Shown here piece by piece: positions 27,459-35,759 of a stretch of 64,000 bases of DNA. The stretch's first letter is position 1. Each line of letters begins with the position of its first letter. Source of the stretch: Eubacteriales bacterium (GTDB lineage Bacteria; Bacillota; Clostridia; Oscillospirales; CAG-272); NCBI GenBank assembly GCA_050946195.1, contig JBMNUI010000002.1, positions 3,816 to 67,815 on the forward strand, given 5' to 3'. The position numbers and the translations under genes were made by a program. The notes under the pieces are model-generated. The model did not search any database and had not been told where the DNA came from. It worked only from the letters and a program-made list of their open reading frames with translations.

Positions 27459-27982
27459 GCGATATAAAAAAAGAGCCGTCGGGCCGGCTTAACGGGGAAA
27501 TTGCCCGCTACCTTTTCTTCGGGGTGCTGACCACGTTTGTCGGCTGGGCGGTCTATTTTGCGCTTCTCTGGGGCGGCCGGGCGATATTTGATATCCCCGC
27601 CGACGACACGACCAGCGCGGCATATTTAGGGATATATACCGCGGCGCAGATCATACAGTGGGTCTGTGCGGTGCTTTTTGCGTTTTTTACCAACCGAAAA
27701 TGGGTATTCACCGATGCCGACAGGAGCGCGGGCGTCATGTCTCAACTGGCGGTCTTCGCCGGGGGGCGGCTGCTTACCCTCGGGCTCGATTATATGGTGA
27801 CCCTCCTTGGCACCAACGGGCTGGCAGCGCTCTGGCCCGGGCTGTCAGGCGTCTATGTCGTCGCACTTGACAGGACCGCAAACTTCGCCGAGGTCCTCTC
27901 AAAGATTGCCGCGGCGGTCATAGTAATAATCGGGAATTATATTTTCAGCAAGCTTTTGGTATTCCGGACAAAAGGGCAGTAA
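27455..27982 (+). CDS. GtrA-family membrane protein
   Basis: Four predicted TMs. GtrA-like ends (FFGVLTTFVGW..GNYIFSKLLVF). ATGA overlap with cysS. Confidence 0.72.
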   Translation: MSDIKKEPSGRLNGEIARYLFFGVLTTFVGWAVYFALLWGGRAIFDIPADDTTSAAYLGIYTAAQIIQWVCAVLFAFFTNRKWVFTDADRSAGVMSQLAVFAGGRLLTLGLDYMVTLLGTNGLAALWPGLSGVYVVALDRTANFAEVLSKIAAAVIVIIGNYIFSKLLVFRTKGQ

Positions 27983-28086
27983 AAAGCTCTCAAGAGCGGG
28001 CACATTTCGGCGCCTGCGGCTCACACCCGCCTGGCGCTTTGCTTAAAACAATTCGGGGCAAAAATCAGACGATTTTTGCCCCTTTT

Positions 28087-29685
28087 TCATTTGTCCCACT
28101 TGTCGGAAAGCGCATTTATCTGGGCTGTGAACTTTGCCAGGTCCTTGTTGGCACCGCCGCGGTTTTTCTCTATCACCTCGAGCAGCCGCCGCCCGGCCAG
28201 AAGCAGCCGCTCAAAGGCCGCCTGATTCCTTGCCGTCGCGGTTTCCTTCTTTATTTTAACCATGTTGCCGGGTACGACAATGCGGTCTGCCGCAAGGTCG
28301 TATTCGGCGCCGTTGTAGGGTGCGAGGGTCCTGTATCCCAGTCTGTCCGAGATGGTCTGCGCAAAAACGTCGCAGACGTCGTCGCTGCAGTGGTTGACAA
28401 ACACACGTTGCGGCGCGGGGCTGAGGCTGCCGAGCCAGTCAAGCAGAATCCCCACGTCGGCATGCGCGCTGATGCCCCTGAGGGTCTCAATCCTGGCCTT
28501 GACCGCAATCTTCTCTCCGAAGAGCTTTACGGTCTTGGCGCCGTCCTGTAATATCCTGCCGAGCGAGCCCTCAGACTGGTACCCGACAAAGAGCACCGTG
28601 CTCTCCTGCCGCCAGAGGTTGTGCTTCAGATGATGCCGTATGCGGCCGGCCTCGCACATTCCAGAGGCTGAAATAATTATTTTCGGGGTTTTATCCTCGT
28701 TTATCAGTTTGGATTCATCGCTTGTGACCGAAAGCCTCAGCCCCGGGAAACTTATCGGATTGATACCCGCTTCGACCAGCGCAAGTGTTTCGGCGTCATA
28801 GTATTCGGTCATGTCGTCTGTATATATGTGGGTCGCCTCGATGGCAAGCGGGCTGTCGAGCCAGACCGGAAAGTCGCCGTGCCCCTTTATGAGCTGCTGC
28901 TCCTTTATTATCCTTAAGAGATACAAAATCTCCTGCGTTCGCCCCACCGCAAACGCGGGGATAACGACGTTTCCGCCCCGGTCGAGCGTGCTCTGTATTA
29001 TTTCGGTGAGCTGGCCGACGTAGTCGGGGCGCTCGCCGTGTGAGCGGTCTCCGTATGTACCCTCTATCACGACATAATCGGCAAACCGGGGCTTTACGGG
29101 GTTGCGGAGCAGCGGACGGTCGACATTTCCGAGGTCTCCCGAGAAGAGCAGAACAATGGTTTTGCCGCCCTCGGTAATCGTCAGTTCGATTGAGGCCGAG
29201 CCGAGCAGGTGTCCGGCATCAATAAACCGCGCCCAAATACCGTCGGCTATCTTTACCTGCTCTCCGTAGCCGCAGGTCGAGAAAAGCGGCATTGTTTTTT
29301 CAACGTCGGCAATGGTATAAAGCGGGGTGTACGGGGGATCGCCCGCGCGCGCCGCCTTGCGGTTCCGCCACTCGGCCTCAAGCCCCTGAATATATGCCGA
29401 GTCAAGCAGCATAATGCTGCAGAGCCGCCTTGTCGCCTCGGTCGAGTATATCGGTCCCGAGTAGCCGTTTGCCACAAGATAGGGGATTTTCCCCGAATGG
29501 TCGATATGCGCGTGGGTCAGCAGGATGCAGTCGATGTCTGCCGGATTTACCGGGCAGTCGCAGTTCTCGTATATGTCGGGCCCCTGCTCAAGCCCGCAGT
29601 CAATCAGGATGTTCTTCCCGCAGGCAGAAAGCATCGTCGACGAGCCCGTTACCTCGTGGGCCGCGCCCAGAAATGTAAGTTTCAC
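28087..29685 (-). CDS. MBL-fold beta-CASP hydrolase (RNA-metabolising family)
   Basis: HAHIDHSG motif and beta-CASP-like central region. GTG start 7 nt after GGGGG. Confidence 0.78.
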   Translation of the reverse strand: MKLTFLGAAHEVTGSSTMLSACGKNILIDCGLEQGPDIYENCDCPVNPADIDCILLTHAHIDHSGKIPYLVANGYSGPIYSTEATRRLCSIMLLDSAYIQGLEAEWRNRKAARAGDPPYTPLYTIADVEKTMPLFSTCGYGEQVKIADGIWARFIDAGHLLGSASIELTITEGGKTIVLLFSGDLGNVDRPLLRNPVKPRFADYVVIEGTYGDRSHGERPDYVGQLTEIIQSTLDRGGNVVIPAFAVGRTQEILYLLRIIKEQQLIKGHGDFPVWLDSPLAIEATHIYTDDMTEYYDAETLALVEAGINPISFPGLRLSVTSDESKLINEDKTPKIIISASGMCEAGRIRHHLKHNLWRQESTVLFVGYQSEGSLGRILQDGAKTVKLFGEKIAVKARIETLRGISAHADVGILLDWLGSLSPAPQRVFVNHCSDDVCDVFAQTISDRLGYRTLAPYNGAEYDLAADRIVVPGNMVKIKKETATARNQAAFERLLLAGRRLLEVIEKNRGGANKDLAKFTAQINALSDKWDK

Positions 29686-29985
29686 AAAAAAGCCCCCATA
29701 AAAATTATTTTCTAACTTTGATTATACCATCTTTCGGGCGGGGTGGCAAGGAATTTTTTATTTTGCCTCTCCTTGCCGATGTAAATGATATTGATATGAC
29801 CCAAAAACGAGGAGAAGCTCGAACTCCAGATGTGGTGTTTCGTACATTTAATGATTTTGCTGATATTCTCCCGTCCGTCCTGTTTTTTGTATTCGCAGGC
29901 AAATATCCTGAAAAAGGATTTTGAGCAAGGGTCCTGTGGTAGCGCCTTGTGAGCGTATTTCGGGATACGGGGCGAAGCCACGTAC

Positions 29986-30474
29986 TTAAAAATCAGGCAT
30001 TGTCAGGATATTCAGGTCGGCCTGTTTCCGGTACGCCTTGGGGGACAGTCCGTTGTTTTTTTTGAAATGCTTACAGAAAAAAACATAGTCGTCATATCCG
30101 CAGAGCGCAGCTATATCGGTAAGCTTTTTATATGATTCACAAAATACTCGGGGGTCTGTGCCGCGAGCATGCGGTCTCGCGAATCAAAGCTGACTATGGC
30201 ATAACCCGATAAAGAGCTGACCAGTGTCGAGCTCAAAACCAAGACAGACTCGACAGAGTCGGAAGACGGGGTCTGCGAGATACTCATAGGCAAAACAAAC
30301 CCGCCCGAGCTGATAAGCCCCTGTGTGCTGATTTTTCCTTGCACCCAGGCGCAGTATGAGGCCCGGATAATAAGCCACGAACCGACTCGCGCAGTGGTAA
30401 ACAGCGCGTCGGTAAAGCAGATAATTGTTTCGGATAATGCCGATACCACGCTTATTTTGCCTTATACACCTCAC
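29986..30474 (-). pseudogene. degraded AraC-family regulator remnant
   Basis: The last 45 codons read TDIAALCGYDDYVFFCKHFKKNNGLSPKAYRKQ (HTH-2). The upstream part is interrupted by TGA at 30184-30186 in that frame, and the HTH-1-like piece (TPEYFVNHIKS) lies in another frame with the linker missing. About 160 codons total versus about 270 expected. Confidence 0.5.
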
Positions 30475-30800
30475 AACACAAAAGGAGAACAGTGCGATGA
30501 ATAGTTTGCATTATTGCTTACCCCCTATATATATTTGCTTAAATTGCAATAAACCATGTTGTTACAATTATCCCCTTGGGTTGGTTTCATACTGCTGTCT
30601 TATGAAGACACCCGAGTGTGCGTCCCCATATCGGCAATCTGAAAATTAGACGTGTTAGGTCACGGCCGGAGCCGCGGCCTATCTCGCCGTCCGTGAGGGG
30701 GCTTCCGCATCGCCAGCTTTATGAGATTCATGCACGCAAAAGTGAGCGAGACTGCATCTTTACCTTATGATGCCGATAGCTTGCAGAGTACCACCCGTCC

Positions 30801-30830
30801 TTGACATCACCTTATGCGGGGTGATATAAT
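30801..30830 (+). promoter_or_regulatory. candidate promoter for the sulfatase gene
   Basis: TTGACA-N18-TATAAT. Confidence 0.6.
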
Positions 30831-30864
30831 AAAATCAACTGTAAACAGTACAAAGAGGTGCGCC

Positions 30865-32415
30865 ATGTCAAACAAAAAACAGCTTGTCTTTATAATGACC
30901 GACACTCAGCGCTGGGATATGGTCAACTGCTACAAAGAAACCGGGCTTAAGACCCCGAACCTCGACGCCCTTGCCGCCGACGGGGTGCGCTACGAGCGGG
31001 CATACACCACCCAGCCGGTCTGCGGGCCGGCGCGCGCCGGGATTTTTACCGGCATATACCCCGCCTGCACCGGCTCCTGGGCCAATGGCATGGCGCTCGG
31101 CGACAATATAAAAACCATCGGCCAGCGCCTTACCGACAACGGCTACCTCTGCGCCTATATCGGCAAGTGGCACCTTGACGGCACCGACTACTTCGGCAAC
31201 GGCCGCTGCCCTGCAGGCTGGGACCCCGAGTACTGGTACGACATGCGCCGCTACCTTGAGGAACTGCCCGAGGACGACCGGATAAAGTCGCGGGCCACCC
31301 AAACCATGGACTTCGAGGACATACCCGAGGACTTTACATACGGCTCCCGTGTCCTTAAAAGAGCGCTCGACTTTATCAGCAGATACCGGGACGAGGACTT
31401 TTTGCTTGTCGTCTCGTTTGACGAGCCGCACGGCCCATTTTTGGCCCCTAAACCCTTTTGCGATATGTACCGGGACTATGAGTTCCCGAAAACCCCGGCA
31501 GTCTGGGACACCCTCGAGGGCAAGCCGGGCTATCAGAAAATCTGGGCGGGAGAGAAGGCTCTTAAGGCCGACCGCGACGCCATTAAGATAAAAAACGCGG
31601 CCTATTTCGGCTGCAATTCATATGTAGATCATCTTATAGGGGAGTTGGTTGGCGCCATTCCTGACGACGCCATGATAATGTATACCTCCGATCACGGGAG
31701 TCTGCTCCAGTCGCACTGCCTGACCGAGAAGGGCCCGGCGGTATATGACGATGTGGCCCGTATTCCCTTCATTATACGCGACCCGAAGGGGGTCAGGGGC
31801 GGAGTGTACACAAAGAGGCCGGTCTCGCACATCAGCGTCTGCCCGACTATCATGGAGTATTTCGGTCTCCCCGTGCCCAAGGTCATGCAGGGAGAGAGCA
31901 TCCTCAACACCTGCCGCGACCTTGACGCCCCGGCGCCCGAGTATGTATTTATTGAGTTTTCGCGCTTCGAGCAGGACCACGACCTTTTCGGGGGCTTCCA
32001 GCCCCTGCGCGCCGTCACCGACGGAAGGTACAAGCTTTCGATAAACCTTTTGTCGGAGGACGAGTTTTACGACCTTCAGGCCGACCCGTATGAGCTTAAC
32101 AATCTGATAGACGACCCGGCATATGCCGCCGAGCGGAACCGCCTGCACGACGCACTGCTCGACCGGATGTGCCTGCATCGCGACCCCTTCCGCTGCTACT
32201 GGTGGGACTGCCGCCCTTGGCGGCCCGATGCCGCGCCGCCCTCTTGGCGCTACCGGGGCTATACCCGCCAGCGCGAGGAGGAATATGAGCCCCGGCAGCT
32301 CGACTATGTCAACGGGCTTGAGATGGTACATGCCCAGAGGCCAAAAATCAACAGCAATATAAAGTTTGATAGTCTGCGCCAGATGATTGACTGGCTCCGC
32401 AACTACGACAGATAA
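30865..32415 (+). CDS. Cys-type sulfatase (arylsulfatase family), apparently cytoplasmic
   Basis: FIMTDTQRWD and the C-x-P-x-R signature PVCGPARAG. Start moved to ATG 30865, behind AGAGGTG. No signal peptide. Confidence 0.9.
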   Translation: MSNKKQLVFIMTDTQRWDMVNCYKETGLKTPNLDALAADGVRYERAYTTQPVCGPARAGIFTGIYPACTGSWANGMALGDNIKTIGQRLTDNGYLCAYIGKWHLDGTDYFGNGRCPAGWDPEYWYDMRRYLEELPEDDRIKSRATQTMDFEDIPEDFTYGSRVLKRALDFISRYRDEDFLLVVSFDEPHGPFLAPKPFCDMYRDYEFPKTPAVWDTLEGKPGYQKIWAGEKALKADRDAIKIKNAAYFGCNSYVDHLIGELVGAIPDDAMIMYTSDHGSLLQSHCLTEKGPAVYDDVARIPFIIRDPKGVRGGVYTKRPVSHISVCPTIMEYFGLPVPKVMQGESILNTCRDLDAPAPEYVFIEFSRFEQDHDLFGGFQPLRAVTDGRYKLSINLLSEDEFYDLQADPYELNNLIDDPAYAAERNRLHDALLDRMCLHRDPFRCYWWDCRPWRPDAAPPSWRYRGYTRQREEEYEPRQLDYVNGLEMVHAQRPKINSNIKFDSLRQMIDWLRNYDR

Positions 32416-32448
32416 TAGGGCCAAAGAAAAGGAAAGCTAAAGCACCCG

Positions 32449-33582
32449 ATGAATATTCTCATCAAGCCCGCCTCGGGCGCATGCAATATGCGCTGCAGCT
32501 ACTGCTTTTATACCGACGAAATGGCGCACCGCGAGCGCAGCATTATCGGCATGATGAGCACCGGAACGCTTGACGTGATAGTCAAAAAAACGCTCGACCG
32601 TGCCCGGGGCTTTTGCACCTTTATGTTTCAGGGCGGCGAGCCGACGCTTGTCGGGCTTGACTTTTACCGGTATCTGATAAGCTCGGTTGAAGGGCACAAC
32701 ACAAAGGGTGTGCGCGTGTCATACGCCATACAGACCAACGGGTATGCTGTAGACGAGGAGTGGGCGAAGTTCTTTGCGCAGAATAATTTTCTCGTCGGCC
32801 TCTCGCTTGACGGCACCGGCGATATCCATGACGCCAACCGCCGTACCCCCTCGGGCAAGGGCAGCTTCGGGAGGGTGAGTGCCACCGCCACCCTCTTTGC
32901 CAAGCACCGCGTGCAGTACAATATTTTAACGGTTGTCACCGGCCTGACCGCACGCCGGTCCGTGAGCATATACAACTAGTTCAAAAAGCAGGGCTACAGG
33001 TATCAGCAGTACATCCCCTGCATTGAGGGCTTCGGCGAGGCCGAGCCCCCGCCCTGGGCACTTGACGCCGAGCAGTACGCGAGATTCCTCTGCCGCATTT
33101 TTGACGCGTGGTACTCCGACATGATGTCGGGCAACTATATTTATAACCGTACCTTCGAGAACTGGGTCGGAATGCTCATGGGGCGCCCACCCGAGAGCTG
33201 CGGCATGGTCGGTATCTGCTCGCCCCAGTATGTGGTAGAGGCCGATGGCTCGGTTTACCCCTGCGACTTTTATGTGCTCGATAAATACCGGCTCGGGAAC
33301 CTGCTCTCTGACAACTTTGAGGACATTGACCGGCGTCGTGAAGAGATAGGGTTTATCGAGGTGTCAAGGGAAGTTCATCCCGACTGCCTTGAGTGCCACT
33401 GGCATCCCTTATGCCGAGGCGGTTGCCGTCGCGAGCGCGAGCCCATGACGCCTGGCATGCCGGCGAAAACCCGCTTCTGCGAGGCTTATCGCATCTTCTT
33501 CCCGTATGCCTATGAGCGGCTTTTAAAGCTGGCCAGGCTTGCGGAACGCGGCTCGATGGCAGCCGGGTGTGCCGTATTCTGA
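32449..33582 (+). pseudogene. anaerobic sulfatase-maturating radical-SAM enzyme (anSME) interrupted by one in-frame TAG
   Basis: CNMRCSYCFY radical-SAM cluster and a C-terminal SPASM-like Cys cluster. Track ORFs 32449-32979 and 33121-33582 share a frame (offset 672 = 3x224). The only break is TAG at 32977-32979, and translation across it reads IYN*FKKQGYRYQQYIPCIEG. Confidence 0.8.
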
Positions 33583-33856
33583 GTCTCGATTTTGTATTAT
33601 AATGTAATGTTGCAATCATATCTTATCTTATTTTTGCACATCACAAATGCCTCTCTAAACGCTAACAACCGAGCAGCCGATTTCCTCCCGCCAAACCGGC
33701 TGATTTTTAGAATTTGTAAAAACTACACAATTCTATATGTCATTTTTTATACATGTTCGCTTATATGTGTGCGGGTTTCAGGCGATGCCCTTACCGCGCT
33801 TGCAAGGTGAATCCGGATAATGTAGGCACAGTTTATGATGCCGGAGGTGAACACCA

Positions 33857-34075
33857 GTGCCATTTAAAATCATCTGCCAGGACATCTCCAAAATGAAGGT
33901 TGACGCTATAAACGCGGCAAATACCGACCTGCAAATGGGCGGCGGGGTTTGCGGAGCTATATTCAAAGCGGCGGGAGCGGCACAGCTTCAAGCCGCCTGC
34001 GATAAACTCGCCCCGATTAAGACGGGTGAGGCTGTTATAACACCGGGGTTTAATCTACCTGCAAAGATAAAATAA
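33857..34075 (+). pseudogene. truncated macro-domain (ADP-ribose-binding/deacetylase-like) gene
   Basis: The 72-aa product [40 protein letters not shown] stops where macro domains normally continue (about 170 aa total). GTG start after GGAGGTG. Confidence 0.6.
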
Positions 34076-34161
34076 TTATTTATACTGACCGCATTGAGAT
34101 TTACATAAACCTGGTCGACGGCTATGTCCTAAAAAATGATTTATATAAAATCTGTAAATGA

Positions 34162-34197
34162 CAAAAACAAGCCCACAACAGTACTGTTGTGGGCTTG
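34162..34197 (-). terminator. intrinsic terminator after tRNA-Ser
   Basis: Minus strand CAAGCCCACAACAG-ta-CTGTTGTGGGCTTG followed by TTTTT. Confidence 0.85.
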
Positions 34198-34199
34198 AA

Positions 34200-34294
34200 T
34201 GGCGGAGAAGGAGGGATTTGAACCCTCGCGCCGGTTTTAATCCGGCCTACGCCCTTAGCAGGGGCGCCTCTTCGGCCAACTTGAGTACTTCTCC
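34200..34294 (-). tRNA. tRNA-Ser (anticodon GCU)
   Basis: Acceptor GGAGAAG/CTTCTCC, anticodon stem CGCCC/GGGCG with loop CTGCTAA, long variable arm, T-loop GGTTCAAATCC, encoded CCA. Confidence 0.9.
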
Positions 34295-34472
34295 CAATAC
34301 TCCGCACCGGGGCCGAAAATGCCCGAGGTGGATTTAATTATATAATATTCTTATCGGTGTGTCAAGGTTTTTTAATGATTTAACATAAAAACCCGCCAAA
34401 CAAAACACCGGTGATATTTTTAGTCCGGGCTCAGGATGACCGGCATTTCGCGAGAGACGACAGAGCATTTGA

Positions 34473-35144
34473 TTATTGGTCTTTTTGACTTTCCTGCTTT
34501 TTCAGATTGTGCTCACATAAATCGGCAAGCGGGCACTCGGGGCATCTCGGCGCGCGTGCCCGGCAGTACTCCCGGCCGAAAAAGACCAGCCGATGGCAGA
34601 AGTCGCTCTGCTCGGCCGGCTCGACCAGTCCGGAGAGTATCTTTTCGACCTTGAGCGGATTTTTCAGGGTCTCGGGGTACATTCCGAAGCGGCCGCAGAG
34701 CCTGATACAGTGTGTATCGGCGACAATGCCGGGGATGCCGTAGATATCACCCAGCAGAAGGTTGGCCAGCTTCCGCCCGACGCCGGGCAGGGTGAGCAGG
34801 TCCTCCATGTTGTCGGGCAGCCGGCCGCCAAAGCGCTCGCAGACGGCGGCACTGGCCGCCTTTATGTCGCGGGCTTTGGTCCTGAAAAGCCCGCAGGGGC
34901 GAACTGCCTCCTCAAGCTCTGTAATGTCGGCGGCGGCCATCGCGGCGGCGTTCGGGTATTTTTTGAATAAATCGCGGCTTATGATATTGACCCGCGCATC
35001 GGTGCACTGGGCCGACAGCCGCCCCATCACCAGCAGCCGCCACGGGTCACCCTCGTATTTTAAGGCGCAGGTCGCCTCGGGGTACACTTCCTTGAGCCGG
35101 GCGATAATTTCAGCCATGCGCAGCTTTTTTTCGTTCTCTGTCAT
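34473..35144 (-). CDS. nth: endonuclease III
   Basis: HhH-GPD motif LPGVGRKLANLLLGD and a C-terminal 4Fe-4S Cys cluster CRARAPRCPECPLADLC. Start set to ATG 35144. Confidence 0.9.
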   Translation of the reverse strand: MTENEKKLRMAEIIARLKEVYPEATCALKYEGDPWRLLVMGRLSAQCTDARVNIISRDLFKKYPNAAAMAAADITELEEAVRPCGLFRTKARDIKAASAAVCERFGGRLPDNMEDLLTLPGVGRKLANLLLGDIYGIPGIVADTHCIRLCGRFGMYPETLKNPLKVEKILSGLVEPAEQSDFCHRLVFFGREYCRARAPRCPECPLADLCEHNLKKQESQKDQ

Positions 35145-35225
35145 ATAGTACCTTTCGGGCTTCTTTTTTGCCGGGACTAAAAAGGCCGGCGCCACAATTA
35201 ATTGTAGCGCCGGGCGGGAATATTG

Positions 35226-35546
35226 TCAAGACTCGAATATTTTCAGTCTGGCTTTACCGTCTTTGATAATCCAGATGGTTTCGAAGTTGAAGCCGGATAG
35301 GTCTTTTTCTATCAGCCTGGTGCCGGGTTCGAAAGTGTAGCAATAGAGAACCCCGATTTTTACGTAATTCTCAAGACAGAAGGCCAGAAAATCGTCATAA
35401 CCGCCGAAGGCCTCGCAGGCCAGTTCGCTGAGACGCACGAGTTCCTCGATGCTCGCCGTCGGGTCAAGCAGATACCAGCAGCTTATATGGCTCACATCCT
35501 GTGTATAATAGTTTTGTACAACAAACATATCAAGCAGCTCTTTCAT
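35226..35546 (-). CDS. hypothetical protein
   Basis: ORF with an AAGGA RBS before ATG 35546 (the track start 35615 has no RBS). No family recognised. Confidence 0.4.
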   Translation of the reverse strand: MKELLDMFVVQNYYTQDVSHISCWYLLDPTASIEELVRLSELACEAFGGYDDFLAFCLENYVKIGVLYCYTFEPGTRLIEKDLSGFNFETIWIIKDGKARLKIFES

Positions 35547-35631
35547 CTCTTTCCTTTCGGCTTCTCTCAGGTTGCTGGCGTTCGGTGCCACAAAAAATAT
35601 GCCATTACACACCATATCAAAAACATTACTG

Positions 35632-35660
35632 TTGACAAAAAGTCGATACTATATTATAAT
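35632..35660 (+). promoter_or_regulatory. sigma-A type promoter for the acyl-CoA ligase gene
   Basis: Exact TTGACA-N17-TATAAT. Predicts a leader of about 90 nt. Confidence 0.75.
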
Positions 35661-35759
35661 AAGTCATCCAACTGAGAAATATGTTTCCGGACCGGCCCGT
35701 CGCTATGCAGTACCCGGCACCGGAGCTTTGATTAATTTTTGAAGGGTGTGGTGTCAGAA

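Noticed and set aside
32977-32979. The possibility that the in-frame TAG in the maturase is decoded (pyrrolysine or reassigned amber).
   Set aside because: TAG is used as an ordinary stop elsewhere in the window (SBP gene, 11273-11275). No pylT/pylS/pylBCD genes are visible here. A nonsense mutation or a sequencing error is more parsimonious, though this can only be settled genome-wide.
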